A stretch of DNA of 64,000 nt from the NCBI GenBank assembly GCA_045647425.1, contig JAZRMH010000030.1, forward strand, positions 18,068 through 82,067, read 5' to 3'. The position numbers and the translations under genes were made by a program. The notes beneath the pieces were generated by a model. The model was given only the letters and a program-made list of their open reading frames with translations, was not told where the DNA came from and did not search any database. Position 1 is the first letter of the stretch, and each line of letters starts with the position of its first letter. This DNA is from Faecousia sp. Lineage in GTDB: Bacteria > Bacillota > Clostridia > Oscillospirales > Oscillospiraceae. Positions 47,640 through 58,501 of this stretch are shown here, piece by piece.

Positions 47640-48016
47640 ACCGTTGTTTCCTTGGGGTTGTGATTTTGGTTGTGTTTTTGGTGCTGGGGATTTTTGTGGG
47701 GGTGGCAATGGATAGTACCCATTTGCAAATTGCGGAAAAACTGAAAGAGGCATCTGTTTTGGTGCTGGGGCAAGCGCCGGAAAGGGGGATGGCTTTGGCA
47801 AAATCCGCCTTTGCGGATTGGGAGAAGAGTTGGGAAAAGACGGCTTCTGTGGCAGACCACGCCCCAATGGACGAAATTGACGGTCTGTTTGCCCAACTGC
47901 AATCTTTTGAAAAGCCGGAAGATGCCGCCCACTATTCTGCCACCTGCGCCCAACTTTCCAAGTTGGTGGAGGCGATGGCAGAGGCCCACCGCCTATCTTG
48001 GTGGAGCCTGCTGTAA
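47636..48016 (+). CDS. DUF4363-family small membrane-anchored protein
   Basis: ATGA overlap with the DUF421 gene. N-terminal TM plus a helical domain. This is the usual partner of DUF421 genes. Confidence 0.65.
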   Translation: MNRCFLGVVILVVFLVLGIFVGVAMDSTHLQIAEKLKEASVLVLGQAPERGMALAKSAFADWEKSWEKTASVADHAPMDEIDGLFAQLQSFEKPEDAAHYSATCAQLSKLVEAMAEAHRLSWWSLL

Positions 48017-48049
48017 AATTGGCAATTGAGAAAATACCGCACTGAAACC

Positions 48050-49030
48050 TTAGCCGTTGGCGCCAGAGGAAAGGTCTAGAATGGCCTCTGCCAAAATTCT
48101 GCCTGCCAGCAGGGCTTCTTGGCGGGTATTGCCCGCCGACCCCACTTCCACAATCAGCGCCCCCGGGGATAAGTCCTGATTAAACCGCTGTTTGCGGAAA
48201 CTGATGGGACGGCAAATCCCCGGTGTCTGCTTTTCCAAATAGGCGTGGAGTTTTACCGCCAACGCCATATTGTCCGGCCAGTTGGGGTGCTTTAACCCAT
48301 TGGCGTCCGTGCCCACCACCATCATCAGCCGAGAGGATGTGCCGTATTTTGTCTTCGTGACGTAGCGCACCTGCTCGCCTTTTTTGTTGGCGATGGCATC
48401 GCGGTGAATGTCCAGCACCATTTGGATAGAGGGGTACTGCTCAAGATATTCTTTGACACTTTTGCGGGAATTGGAATAGGATTTGGAATAAGAGGGGTAA
48501 TCGTGGCAGGCGGTGTCGTGGATGACGGAAATACCACCGGACTCGAGTATTTTTTTGATTTCCGCCCCAATAGATACTACATTATAGTCCGTGTTTTTGG
48601 TGCGGTATTTGGTATGCTCGTCATAATCTTCCGTTTTGGTGTAACTTTCTGTGCCGTGGGAATGGACAATCAGCACCGTGGGCTTTGTCTGCTTCAGTTG
48701 CCAAGACAAGGGCTCTGCCAACAGCGCAGGTAAATCCGCCTTGTAGCCGTTGACGGCGTGGACCTTGACCAAATCCGCATCGGAAGGGGAAAAGGCCGGC
48801 AGGACAAGAGGGGTAGTTTCTTTTGGAATATCCGGCGCTTCCGGTTGGGATACTTCCGGCGCAGGACGCAAAATCCGTCCGGTTTCCAAAAACAGCAACG
48901 CCGAAGCCATTTCCGGTTGGGCGAGTTTTTCCACCACTGCCTGCACCGCACCGCCCCCCATCAGCCGAACTGCCAAGGCAAACACCACCGCGCCGCCACC
49001 AACTCGTAAACACCATTTTTCCCAGTTCAT
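48050..49030 (-). CDS. spoIIP: Stage II sporulation protein P
   Basis: ATG 49030 follows AGGAG. N-terminal TM, VLIVHSHGTESY and LDIHRDA are SpoIIP amidase-like motifs. Confidence 0.88.
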   Translation of the reverse strand: MNWEKWCLRVGGGAVVFALAVRLMGGGAVQAVVEKLAQPEMASALLFLETGRILRPAPEVSQPEAPDIPKETTPLVLPAFSPSDADLVKVHAVNGYKADLPALLAEPLSWQLKQTKPTVLIVHSHGTESYTKTEDYDEHTKYRTKNTDYNVVSIGAEIKKILESGGISVIHDTACHDYPSYSKSYSNSRKSVKEYLEQYPSIQMVLDIHRDAIANKKGEQVRYVTKTKYGTSSRLMMVVGTDANGLKHPNWPDNMALAVKLHAYLEKQTPGICRPISFRKQRFNQDLSPGALIVEVGSAGNTRQEALLAGRILAEAILDLSSGANG

Positions 49031-49083
49031 ACTTGCTCCTTTCCGAAAAAAAGACAAGCGGCAATTTGACCGCTTGTCTTTCT

Positions 49084-49566
49084 TTATTCCGGTTTTTTCC
49101 ACTTTGGTCTGTCCTTCAAAGTTTTCCGAAGGTTTTCAAAAAATTGTTGCATCAGCGCCTTGCTTTCCTCTGCCAGCACACCTTCCGTCACCTTGGGGTG
49201 GTGATTAAATTCCATAGAAAACAAATCGCACACACTTCCGCAAGCGCCGTATTTTTCATCCCGCGCCCCGAAGACTACACGCCGAATGCGGGCATTGAGG
49301 ATTGCGCCGGCGCACATGGGGCAAGGCTCTAAGGTCACATACAAGGTGCAATCCCACAACCGCCAACCGCCTAAATTTTCGCAGGCATCGGCAATGGCGG
49401 AAAGTTCTGCGTGACCCAAGGCGGTTTTTTGTTCCTCGCGGTTGTTTTTGCCCCGCCCCACAATTTTGCCGTTGCGCACAATCACGCACCCCACCGGCAC
49501 TTCGCCTTTTGCACCGGCTTCCTGCGCCAGTTGCAACGCTTGACGCATAAACAAAACATCATCCAT
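49084..49566 (-). CDS. tadA: tRNA adenosine(34) deaminase
   Basis: GHAELSAI and LEPCPMCAG zinc motifs. ATG 49566 lies downstream of the mapped promoter. The longer tracked ORF would include the promoter. Confidence 0.9.
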   Translation of the reverse strand: MDDVLFMRQALQLAQEAGAKGEVPVGCVIVRNGKIVGRGKNNREEQKTALGHAELSAIADACENLGGWRLWDCTLYVTLEPCPMCAGAILNARIRRVVFGARDEKYGACGSVCDLFSMEFNHHPKVTEGVLAEESKALMQQFFENLRKTLKDRPKWKKPE

Positions 49567-49588
49567 AGTATCGCCCCCAATTTTCTTC

Positions 49589-49617
49589 ATCATACCCAAA
49601 TTTTGGGGGTTCGTCAA
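49589..49617 (-). promoter_or_regulatory. SigA-type promoter of tadA(-spoIIP)
   Basis: On the minus strand: TTGACG, 17 nt (AACCCCCAAAATTTGGG), TATGAT. Confidence 0.6.
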
Positions 49618-49662
49618 GAAGTATACCACACTTTTCCTGCAAACATACAAGAAACAAGTATC

Positions 49663-49691
49663 TTGCATTGAAAGTTTTGCCGTGTTATAAT
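49663..49691 (+). promoter_or_regulatory. SigA-type promoter of queH
   Basis: TTGCAT (49663-49668), 17 nt, TGtTATAAT (49683-49691). Confidence 0.6.
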
Positions 49692-49719
49692 AAACAAAAT
49701 ATTGCCTTGAGGTAAAAAG

Positions 49720-50265
49720 ATGAAAACATTACTGCATAGTTGTTGCGCCCCTTGCGCAAATCAATGTGTTGATGTGCTTCGCGCAGACGGATACGAGGTT
49801 GCGGGATTTTGGTACAATCCCAATATCCATCCCTTCACCGAATACCGCGCCCGACGGAACTGCTTGCGAGAGTACGCCCAAACCATTGACTTGCCTTTAA
49901 TTGAAAAAAATGACTACGGTTTGCGCCCCTTTGTGCGGGAAGTGGCCGAGGATATTGACCATCGCTGTGTCAAATGCTATGAGATGCGCCTATATGAAAC
50001 TGCCCGCCAAGCCAAAGAACTGGGCTTTGACAGTTTCACTTCCAGTCTATTCATCAGCCCTTACCAAAATCACGAACTGATGAAAGAAATTGCCGCAAGA
50101 GTCGGCGCAGAGTTTGGGGTGGAATTTCTCTATCGGGATTTTCGGCCCTATTTCAAGGCCGGTCAGGAAAAGGCAAGAGAATGTGGCTTTTATATGCAGA
50201 AATACTGCGGTTGCGTCTTTTCTGAGGAAGAGCGATACTTAAAGATAAGCAAAATTATTCGATGA
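49720..50265 (+). CDS. queH: Epoxyqueuosine reductase QueH (DUF208)
   Basis: LLHSCCAPC, NPNIHPFTEY, CVKCYEMR and the YCGCVFSE Cys pattern. Confidence 0.88.
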   Translation: MKTLLHSCCAPCANQCVDVLRADGYEVAGFWYNPNIHPFTEYRARRNCLREYAQTIDLPLIEKNDYGLRPFVREVAEDIDHRCVKCYEMRLYETARQAKELGFDSFTSSLFISPYQNHELMKEIAARVGAEFGVEFLYRDFRPYFKAGQEKARECGFYMQKYCGCVFSEEERYLKISKIIR

Positions 50266-50273
50266 GGTGGTCT

Positions 50274-51407
50274 ATGGGAAAATTTACATTTGCCGTACCC
50301 TGCTTGTTCGGTTTGGAAGGACTGGCCGGGGATGAATTACGGCGTTTGAATATGGAAGATGTGAAGGTGGAAGACCGTCGGGTGCTGTTTGCCGGCGACG
50401 AGAAGGATTTGGCACGAGCCAATATCTGCTTGCGCACCGGCGAGCGGGTGATGGTGGTGCTGGCTCAGTTTACCGCCAAAAGTTTTGAAGAACTGTTCCA
50501 AGGCGTTTTGCACGCGCCTTTAGAGGAATTTATTCCTAAGGACGGTCAGTTCCCCGTAAAGGGACACTGCCTCAATAGCCAGTTAATGAGCGTTTCCGAT
50601 TGTCAGGCCATTATCAAAAAGGCCGCTTCCCGCCGTTTGGGGGAAAAGTACGGCATCTCTTGGCTTCCGGAAACCGGCGTGAAGTTCCAATTGCATTTTA
50701 CCATTTTAAATGACAATGTGACTTTGTGCTTGGACACTTCCGGACAAGGCCTGCATAAGCGGGGCTACCGCGCTGTGGGCAACGATGCCCCCTTGCACGA
50801 GACCTTGGCGGCGGGTATGATTCAACTCACCCGCTTCCGTGGCAGAGAGTATTTTTGGGACCCCTTCTGTGGCAGTGGCACCATTCCCATTGAGGCGGCG
50901 CTGATTGCTAAAAACCGCGCCCCCGGTCTGAGCCGCACCTTCTGCGCACAAGAGTACCCTTGGCTGCCCAAAGAAATTTGGCAGGAAGCCAAGGACGAGG
51001 CCCAAGATAAGGAATTTAAAGGGGAATATCGGATTATGGGTTCGGACGCTGACCCCACCTGCGTTTCCTTGAGTTTTGCCAACGCCAAAAAAGCCGGTGT
51101 TTCCGATTGCGTCACATTCAAAGACGGGGACGCCACCAAACTGAGCCTGCCCTGCGACAGCGGTATTTTGGTCTGCAATCCGCCCTACGGTGAGCGAATG
51201 ATGGAACAGCACTCCGCCCAACGGCTTTATGGCGCATTGGGTCGCCACCTGAAGTATGCCGACGGCTGGAAAAAATTTGTCATCACTTCCGAGCCGGAAT
51301 TTGAGCATTGGTTCGGCAAGCGGGCGGACAAAAAGCGGAAGTTCTACAACGGCAAAATCAAATGTGATTATTATATGTTTACCGACAATCAGAGAAAGAA
51401 GAAATAA
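50274..51407 (+). CDS. THUMP-domain class I SAM-dependent RNA methyltransferase (RlmL/YpsC-like)
   Basis: DPFCGSGTIPIEAAL (SAM site) and LVCNPPYGERM (NPPY). Confidence 0.85.
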   Translation: MGKFTFAVPCLFGLEGLAGDELRRLNMEDVKVEDRRVLFAGDEKDLARANICLRTGERVMVVLAQFTAKSFEELFQGVLHAPLEEFIPKDGQFPVKGHCLNSQLMSVSDCQAIIKKAASRRLGEKYGISWLPETGVKFQLHFTILNDNVTLCLDTSGQGLHKRGYRAVGNDAPLHETLAAGMIQLTRFRGREYFWDPFCGSGTIPIEAALIAKNRAPGLSRTFCAQEYPWLPKEIWQEAKDEAQDKEFKGEYRIMGSDADPTCVSLSFANAKKAGVSDCVTFKDGDATKLSLPCDSGILVCNPPYGERMMEQHSAQRLYGALGRHLKYADGWKKFVITSEPEFEHWFGKRADKKRKFYNGKIKCDYYMFTDNQRKKK

Positions 51408-52333
51408 TGAAGCATATCTTTATTATCAATCCCGCGGCGGGTTCTCGCAACCGCACCAAGGAATACAAAGAACAAATTGAAAAAAGTTGCGGAAAACGGG
51501 GCCTGTCTTATAAAATCCATGTTTCCCGTTCCCCGGGGGATTGCCGTTGCATTGCCCAGTCCTATGCCAAAACCGGTGAGGAAGTTCGGCTGTATGCTTG
51601 CGGCGGTGACGGCACGCTGAACGAAGTAGTCAACGGCGCAGTGGGGCATCCCAACGCGGCGGTGACGGTGTTTTCCGGCGGCAGCGGCAACGATTTTGCC
51701 AAACTGTTCGATGACCCCCAAGGCTTTTTCGATTTGGAACGGCTGTTGGATGCCAAGGAAACGGAATTTGACCTCATTCGGTGTAACGACGATTACGCAA
51801 TGAACATCTGTTCCGTGGGCTTGGATGCCCGAATTGGCACCGATGTGTCCAACTATAAGCGCATTCCTTTGCTCAGCGGTTTCCGCGCCTATGCGGTGTC
51901 CACGCTGGTGAATGTGGCTCGGGGCATCGGGGAATATTATGAGATTGAAATTGACGGTGAGCGGATAGAAGGGGAAAAGACCCTGATTTGCGTGTGCAAC
52001 GGCAGATATTACGGCGGTGGATTTCATCCCGTGCCCGATGCCGACCCCACCGACGGCAAATTGGATGTGCTGGTCATTGAAAAAGTGTCCCGCCTGCAGG
52101 CGGCAAATGTCATCGGCAAGTACAAAGACGGCGGTTATCGGGAACTTCCCCAATTCATTCGCCATTTCCGCACAGAGGGCTTGAAAATCACCTGCAAGGA
52201 AGACAGCCCCGTGAATTTGGACGGCGAACTGCGGATTGCCAAGGAAATTTCTTTTTCTGTGGCAAAGGAAAAACTGCGGTTTTTCTATCCTAAGGAATTA
52301 CATATCCGGAATTTAGAGAAAATAACATTGTGA
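51407..52333 (+). CDS. Diacylglycerol kinase-family lipid kinase (YegS/BmrU-like), second paralogue in the window
   Basis: FIINPAAGS and YACGGDGTLNEVVNG. Confidence 0.85.
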   Translation: MKHIFIINPAAGSRNRTKEYKEQIEKSCGKRGLSYKIHVSRSPGDCRCIAQSYAKTGEEVRLYACGGDGTLNEVVNGAVGHPNAAVTVFSGGSGNDFAKLFDDPQGFFDLERLLDAKETEFDLIRCNDDYAMNICSVGLDARIGTDVSNYKRIPLLSGFRAYAVSTLVNVARGIGEYYEIEIDGERIEGEKTLICVCNGRYYGGGFHPVPDADPTDGKLDVLVIEKVSRLQAANVIGKYKDGGYRELPQFIRHFRTEGLKITCKEDSPVNLDGELRIAKEISFSVAKEKLRFFYPKELHIRNLEKITL

Positions 52334-52340
52334 GGTTACT

Positions 52341-54038
52341 ATGCGAAAGCGGACAATCCTAGTGGTGCTTTGTATTTTAATTGCATATCTTGGCTTGGAT
52401 GTGTCGGCTGCCACCGGTGCCAGCGCACAAGAGAGTTTTGCTACGGTATCTAGCGACGGAAGTTGTCAAGTCACTACCACCGTCACATTGCATTTGGAAG
52501 AACCGGTGGCGGATTTGAAATTCCCCGTTCCTGCCGATGCCACCGGTGTGACCTTAAACGGTTCTCGGGTCAGCGCATCCCGCAGTGGGGATGTGCGGTA
52601 TTTGAATTTATCCCGCCTGACCAAAAATGTGGTGGGCGATGTGACCGTGAGCATCCACTACAGTTTGTACGATGTGATTGAAGCCACGGACACCGGATTG
52701 CAACTGAAAATGCCCCTTTTGTCCGGTTTTACCTATCCGGTGGCTCAGTTGCAGTTTTCTGTGACATTGCCCGGCGCCATTGAAGTTCTGCCCGGATTTG
52801 TCAGTGGCTACCACGGGGCTAGAATTGAAGAGGATTTAACTTATCAGGTTGACGGCGCGACGGTTTCTGGGTCATCTTTAAAGGCTATGAAGGACCAAGA
52901 AACCTTATATATGACATTGCTGGTGACAGAAGCCATGTTTCCCCAATCCATAGTTCAAACCCAAGATTATGGCTGGGGTTCAACAGGTATGCTGGTCTGC
53001 TTCCTGCTTGCTTTGGGGTATTGGTTGCTGTTTCTTTGGAATTTGCCGGTTATCCCCGGACAGTGCGCCCACCCTCCCCAGGGGTATCACCCCGGTCAGG
53101 TTGGCGCAATGATGGCGGGTCAGGGAATAAACTTGTCCCTTACGGTTTTGCATTGGGCGCAGTTGGGCTATATTTCTATCCGTCCCCAGCGGGGTCGGGT
53201 TGTGCTGTATAAGCGTATGGAAATGGGCAACGAGCGGACAGAAGGGGAAGTGCGGTTGTTCCAAAAACTCTTTGGCACTCAGAAATCCGTGGACACTTCC
53301 GACTATCGCTATGCCCAATTGCTTAGAACCTGCACCAAACAGCGCATCGGTTTGGCAGAAGTGTTCCGCAAATGGGGCACCAATGCCAAAATCTTCCGTT
53401 TCTTCGCCGCAGGCATCGGTCTGTTTGGCGGCGCATCCTTGGCGGTGGCGATGGCAGACGGCGCGGCATTGCAGGGACTGCTTTTGGCGGTGCTGGCGGT
53501 TGCCGGTTTCTTTAGCGGTTGGTTTATGCAAAATATCGGCGCAGGGCTTTTGCTGGCAGATAGCCGAAAGCGGAAAATCAGTCTGCTTTGTGCCAGTTTT
53601 TGGCTGGTATTCGGCGCATTGGCGGGGGATATGACCACTGCTTTTTATATGGTGGTGGGACTTTTCTTATCCGGCATTTTGCTGTGCTGGGGCGGTCGAC
53701 GCACCCGAGAGGGACGGCGTGTTTTGGCAGAACTGATGGGTCTGCGAGGCTATTTGCGGAAAAATCCCCAAAAAAATGTCTTAATGAGTCAGCAGGACTA
53801 TTTCTTCAGCATGCTTCCTTGGGCGATTAGCCTTGGCTGTGGCGCCCAGTTTACAAAGAATTTCGGTAAGGTGAAATTTGAAAATTGTGACTACCTCTTT
53901 TTCGGGGTGGACAAAGTCACAACCCCTTGGAAGTGGTATCGGCTGTTTACCCAAACCCTTACGGATATGAACCGTCGGGCGGACAATCTGCCTTTGGAAA
54001 AGTTCTTCGGAATTTTGCAATCTGTAACAAGACGGTAA
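52341..54038 (+). CDS. DUF2207-type membrane protein
   Basis: Signal/TM N-terminus, a ~200-aa extracytoplasmic beta-rich domain, then several TM helices and a cytoplasmic tail. This is the DUF2207 architecture. Confidence 0.65.
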   Translation: MRKRTILVVLCILIAYLGLDVSAATGASAQESFATVSSDGSCQVTTTVTLHLEEPVADLKFPVPADATGVTLNGSRVSASRSGDVRYLNLSRLTKNVVGDVTVSIHYSLYDVIEATDTGLQLKMPLLSGFTYPVAQLQFSVTLPGAIEVLPGFVSGYHGARIEEDLTYQVDGATVSGSSLKAMKDQETLYMTLLVTEAMFPQSIVQTQDYGWGSTGMLVCFLLALGYWLLFLWNLPVIPGQCAHPPQGYHPGQVGAMMAGQGINLSLTVLHWAQLGYISIRPQRGRVVLYKRMEMGNERTEGEVRLFQKLFGTQKSVDTSDYRYAQLLRTCTKQRIGLAEVFRKWGTNAKIFRFFAAGIGLFGGASLAVAMADGAALQGLLLAVLAVAGFFSGWFMQNIGAGLLLADSRKRKISLLCASFWLVFGALAGDMTTAFYMVVGLFLSGILLCWGGRRTREGRRVLAELMGLRGYLRKNPQKNVLMSQQDYFFSMLPWAISLGCGAQFTKNFGKVKFENCDYLFFGVDKVTTPWKWYRLFTQTLTDMNRRADNLPLEKFFGILQSVTRR

Positions 54039-54043
54039 TGCGC

Positions 54044-54071
54044 GGGCAGTCCTTTTAGAACTGCCCTTTTG
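54044..54071 (+). terminator. Terminator after the DUF2207 gene
   Basis: GGGCAGT (9-nt loop) ACTGCCC TTTT. Confidence 0.6.
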
Positions 54072-54088
54072 GAAAAGAAGGGATACGG

Positions 54089-55870
54089 ATGATATTTGGA
54101 AAGCATATGAACCGATATTATCGAAAAAATGCGGTCTTTTTGCTTTTGGGTATTTTGGTTCTTTTGGTCGAAGACTACCTGATGCTGTTGGTGCCTGCCA
54201 AGTATGCCACGGTCATCAACGGTATGAACCAAGGGTTTATCGAGGAAAACGGCGTACAAGTGCCCTTTGATATGGCATATTTGCTGGACAAAATCTGTAT
54301 GCCTCTGTTTGTGATTATTATGCTGATGCTGTTGGGGCGTTTTTTGTGGCGGGTGCTGTTTATGAGTTCTGCCCTGCGGATGGAAACGGACCTGCGCAAT
54401 CGGATGTTTGAACGGGCACGGCATTTAAGTCCGTCTTTCTATAGCCGAAACAAAATCGGCGGTCTGATGAGTTTGTTTACCAACGATTTGGAAACGGTAC
54501 ACGAGTGCTTCGGCTGGGGCATGGTGATGGCGGTGGATGCCGCCATTATGGGTGTGATGGCACTGCGGAAGATGCTTTTAATGGATGCAAAACTCACCTT
54601 GTATTGTATGCTTCCAATGCTGGTTTTGATGTTTACTGCCACATTGATGGGGCGGTATATGGCGAAAAAATGGCGGATACGCCAAGAGACCTTTTCTCAT
54701 TTGTCGGACTTTGTCCAAGAGCGGGTGTCCGGTATGGGGGTGGTAAAGGCCTTTGTGAAGGAAAAATTGGAACTTTTTGCCTTCAAAAACCTGAATATTG
54801 CCAACGAAAAAGCCAATGTCAAGCACACCAAGGCATCGGTGCTGATGCGGATTTTGGTGACGCTGTTTGTGCAAAGTGTAACGGCGGTGATTTTGGGTTA
54901 CGGCGGTTATTTGATTTACGACGATCGGTTTAATGCCGGCGAACTGGTTGCGTTTATCGGCTATTTTAACAATGTGGTCTTTCCGGTGATGGCGGTGAGT
55001 GAGCTCATTGATATGACCAGCCGTGGCAAGGCATCCCTGCAACGGATTTCGGAACTTTTGGATGCCGAGCCCGATGTGGTAGATGGGCCGGATGCCAAGG
55101 CTTGTCCGAATATGCAAGGTCATATCCATTTGGAAAACCTGACATTTGCCTATCCGGATACGGAGCAACCCGTGCTGAAAAACATCACCCTGACCATCGA
55201 AAAAGGGGAAAAAGTGGGCATCGTGGGCAAAACCGGCGCAGGAAAAACCACCTTGGCAGACCTGCTTTTACGCGCCTATAATGTCCCCGACGGCACAATT
55301 TTTATCGACGGACAAGACATCAATCATATAATCTTGCGGGATTTGCGGGACGGCTTCGGCTATGTACCCCAAGATAATTTCTTGTTTTCCGATACCATCG
55401 CCAACAACATTGGCTTTGGAGTAACGGGGGCACAACAGGAGAAAATCCAGCAGATGGCAACCTTTGCCGATGTGGATGAGAACATCCAAGGCTTCCCCAA
55501 GGGCTATGAAACCATGCTGGGGGAACGGGGCGTTACCGTCTCCGGCGGTCAAAAACAGCGGATTTCCATCGCCCGAGCGTTTTTGAAGGATGCACCGGTG
55601 CTGATTTTAGATGACGCGGTATCTGCGGTGGATACCCAAACCGAGAAGACCATTTTGGAAAATATGCACCGCATCCGTCAGGGGAAAACCACCTTGATGA
55701 TTGCCCACCGGATTTCCACGGTGGAAAGTATGGATCGCATTTTTTTCTTGGAAGACGGGGAACTGATTGCCCAAGGCACCCATAGGGAACTTCTGCAAAC
55801 TTGCCCTTCCTACCAAAACCTTGTGCTGTTGCAACAGTTGGAAGCGGAAGGAGGCGGGGAAAATGGCTGA
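54089..55870 (+). CDS. ABC exporter half-transporter (permease + ATPase), subunit A
   Basis: Six-TM N-domain. GKTGAGKTT (Walker A), VSGGQKQR (signature) and LILDDA (Walker B). Confidence 0.92.
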   Translation: MIFGKHMNRYYRKNAVFLLLGILVLLVEDYLMLLVPAKYATVINGMNQGFIEENGVQVPFDMAYLLDKICMPLFVIIMLMLLGRFLWRVLFMSSALRMETDLRNRMFERARHLSPSFYSRNKIGGLMSLFTNDLETVHECFGWGMVMAVDAAIMGVMALRKMLLMDAKLTLYCMLPMLVLMFTATLMGRYMAKKWRIRQETFSHLSDFVQERVSGMGVVKAFVKEKLELFAFKNLNIANEKANVKHTKASVLMRILVTLFVQSVTAVILGYGGYLIYDDRFNAGELVAFIGYFNNVVFPVMAVSELIDMTSRGKASLQRISELLDAEPDVVDGPDAKACPNMQGHIHLENLTFAYPDTEQPVLKNITLTIEKGEKVGIVGKTGAGKTTLADLLLRAYNVPDGTIFIDGQDINHIILRDLRDGFGYVPQDNFLFSDTIANNIGFGVTGAQQEKIQQMATFADVDENIQGFPKGYETMLGERGVTVSGGQKQRISIARAFLKDAPVLILDDAVSAVDTQTEKTILENMHRIRQGKTTLMIAHRISTVESMDRIFFLEDGELIAQGTHRELLQTCPSYQNLVLLQQLEAEGGGENG

Positions 55871-57743
55871 GTATTTGCCGATTTTGCTGTTAGGCGGTTT
55901 TTTGGGACTTTTGAGTGTGCTTTTTTTGGTGGCATACGGGGTGTTCAAAAAACGCAAAGGTCCGGAATTTCAGCGCACAATGTCCGATGGACAGATTATC
56001 CGCAGACTACTGGGCTATGCCAAGGGATACTGGGGCTATTTTGCGCTGGCGCTTTTGATTATGCTGGTATCTGTGGCCCATGATGTGATTTCCCCCTTGC
56101 TCATCGGTCATATTGAAGAGATTGTCACGGGGGATTTTCGTTTGCCCTACCTGTTTCAGGTGGTGGGGGTGTATGTGGGTATTTTGCTGGTCAGTGTGGT
56201 GTGTACCTATTTGCAGGCGCTGATTTTACAGCATGTGGGTCAAAAAATTCTCTCGGCTCTGCGAACCGATGTGTATGCCCGGGTGCAGGAACTGTCCCAC
56301 GACCAACTCAACCACATCCCCGTGGGCAAACTGGTGACCCGGGTGGTCAATGATCCGGAAGGCATCGCCTATTTGTTCACCAATATTTTGGTGACACTGG
56401 TGAAAAATATGATGGTGGTCATCGCCATTACCGTGGCGATGCTGATGCTCAACTATGCCTTGACGCTGATGCTGTTGAGTTTTGTGCCGTTTTTGGTACT
56501 GGTGACGTATATTTTCCGGAAATTTTCCCGCAACGCCCATCGGGCGGTGACGGATACTACCACGGAAATGAATGCCTTTTTATCGGAAAATCTGTCCGGT
56601 ATGAAGTTGGTCCAAATTTTCAATCGAGAAGATGCCAAAATGGAGGAATTTTTGACCCGTTCCTATGCCCAAAAAAAGGCAAAACTGGGCAGAATGTTTG
56701 TCTTTGGTATTTTCCGCCCGGTGGTGCAGATGCTCAATGTCGGCGCAATTTTGTGCCTGCTGTATTTAAGCGGTCGGGGTTATATTCAAGACACCCCTTT
56801 CTTCGGGCAGATGATTACCGGCAGTGTTGTGGTCTCTTTTTATATGTATATCTCGAAGTTTTTCAATCCCATTCAATCTATGGCAGAGCAGTTTGATATG
56901 CTGCAAAAGTCCTTTGCCTCGGCGGAAAAGATTTTCAGTGTGCTGGATATGGTGCCGGAAGTGATGGACACAGAAGATGCCGTAGACCTTCCGCAAATCA
57001 AGGGCGAGATTGAATTTCGGGATGTTTGGTTTGCCTATGAGCCGGATGTTTGGGTACTCAAAGGCGTGTCTTTTAAAGTGGAAGCGGGACAGACCGTGGC
57101 CTTTGTGGGGGCAACCGGTTCCGGCAAAACCACAATATTGTCCCTGATTTGTCGCAATTATGACATCCAAAAAGGGAAAATTCTCATTGACGGCATCGAT
57201 ATTCGCAATATTAAAATTGCCAGCCTGCGGAAGCACTTCGGACAAATGCTTCAAGATGTCTTCCTGTTTTCCGGTACGGTGGAAAGCAATATCACCTTGG
57301 GGTTGGATGTTTCCACACAGCAGGTGTGGCAGGCGATGGAATTTGTCAATGCCGACGGCTTCGTGAAAAAACTACCTAAGGGCTTGCAAGAAGAAGTTCG
57401 GGAACGGGGCAACAACTTTTCTGCCGGACAACGGCAATTGCTCAGTTTTGCCCGCACGGTGTTGCATAAGCCCTCTGTGATGATTATGGACGAGGCCACT
57501 GCCAACATTGACACGGAAACGGAAGTGCTGATTCAAGATTCTTTGGATAAGATGAAAAATATCGGCACCATGCTGGTAGTTGCCCACCGCCTTTCCACCA
57601 TTCAACACGCAGATAACATTATTTTGCTGTCCCACGGAGAAATTTTAGAGCAGGGCAATCACCAAGCACTGCTCAAACGCCACGGGCACTATTATAAACT
57701 CTACACCTTGCAACATCAAAAACAAGAATTGCAAAACAGTTGA
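55863..57743 (+). CDS. ABC exporter half-transporter (permease + ATPase), subunit B
   Basis: ATG 55863 overlaps the upstream gene end. [17 protein letters not shown] and MIMDEAT. Confidence 0.92.
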   Translation: MAEYLPILLLGGFLGLLSVLFLVAYGVFKKRKGPEFQRTMSDGQIIRRLLGYAKGYWGYFALALLIMLVSVAHDVISPLLIGHIEEIVTGDFRLPYLFQVVGVYVGILLVSVVCTYLQALILQHVGQKILSALRTDVYARVQELSHDQLNHIPVGKLVTRVVNDPEGIAYLFTNILVTLVKNMMVVIAITVAMLMLNYALTLMLLSFVPFLVLVTYIFRKFSRNAHRAVTDTTTEMNAFLSENLSGMKLVQIFNREDAKMEEFLTRSYAQKKAKLGRMFVFGIFRPVVQMLNVGAILCLLYLSGRGYIQDTPFFGQMITGSVVVSFYMYISKFFNPIQSMAEQFDMLQKSFASAEKIFSVLDMVPEVMDTEDAVDLPQIKGEIEFRDVWFAYEPDVWVLKGVSFKVEAGQTVAFVGATGSGKTTILSLICRNYDIQKGKILIDGIDIRNIKIASLRKHFGQMLQDVFLFSGTVESNITLGLDVSTQQVWQAMEFVNADGFVKKLPKGLQEEVRERGNNFSAGQRQLLSFARTVLHKPSVMIMDEATANIDTETEVLIQDSLDKMKNIGTMLVVAHRLSTIQHADNIILLSHGEILEQGNHQALLKRHGHYYKLYTLQHQKQELQNS

Positions 57744-57745
57744 CG

Positions 57746-57774
57746 AAAAGCACCGCTTTTGCGGTGCTTTTTCT
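57746..57774 (+). terminator. Terminator after the ABC exporter pair
   Basis: AAAGCACCGC tttt GCGGTGCTTT TT. Confidence 0.85.
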
Positions 57775-57802
57775 TGCATATTCCAAATCTGTTTTGTATA
57801 AT
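57774..57802 (+). promoter_or_regulatory. SigA-type promoter of the deoC-deoD-deoB-cdd operon
   Basis: TTGCAT (57774-57779), 17 nt, TATAAT (57797-57802). Confidence 0.6.
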
Positions 57803-57823
57803 GAAGAAAAAGGAGTGTTGGAT

Positions 57824-58489
57824 ATGGAACTTTCTGAAATTTTAGCAAAATGCGACCATACTTTGCTGGGGCAAACTGCCACATGGGCGGACATTCAGGG
57901 GATTTGTGATGACGGTATGAAATATCAAACCGCGTCGGTTTGCATTCCCGCCTGCTATGTGAAGCAGGCGAAGGACTATGTGGGGGATAAACTGGCCATT
58001 TGCACGGTCATCGGCTTCCCCAACGGCTATGACACCACCGCTTCCAAGTGCTTCCAAGCCACCGACGCTGTGGAAAACGGCGCAGATGAAATCGATATGG
58101 TCATCAATGTGGGTCTTTTGAAAGACGGCAAGGATGCACAAGTGCTGTCGGAAATCAAGGCGGTGAAAAAGGCCTGCTGTGGCAAACTGTTGAAGGTCAT
58201 TATCGAAACCTGCTTGCTCACCGAGGATGAAAAAATCCGGATGTGCCATATCGTCACCGAAGCCGGCGCAGACTATATTAAGACTTCTACCGGCTTTTCC
58301 ACTGCCGGCGCAACCTTCTCTGATGTGGCGCTGTTTGCCAAGCATATCGGCGAATATGTGAAAATTAAGGCCGCCGGCGGTATCGCCAGCCTAGAAGATG
58401 CCGAAGAATTTATTCGGCTGGGGGCAAGCCGTTTGGGTACATCCCGTATCGTGAAAATTGCAAAGAACCAGAAAGGTTCCGGTTATTAA
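57824..58489 (+). CDS. deoC: Deoxyribose-phosphate aldolase
   Basis: ATG 57824 follows [23 protein letters not shown] and IKTSTGF (Schiff-base Lys). Confidence 0.92.
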   Translation: MELSEILAKCDHTLLGQTATWADIQGICDDGMKYQTASVCIPACYVKQAKDYVGDKLAICTVIGFPNGYDTTASKCFQATDAVENGADEIDMVINVGLLKDGKDAQVLSEIKAVKKACCGKLLKVIIETCLLTEDEKIRMCHIVTEAGADYIKTSTGFSTAGATFSDVALFAKHIGEYVKIKAAGGIASLEDAEEFIRLGASRLGTSRIVKIAKNQKGSGY

Positions 58490-58501
58490 GGAGGAAATGT
58501 T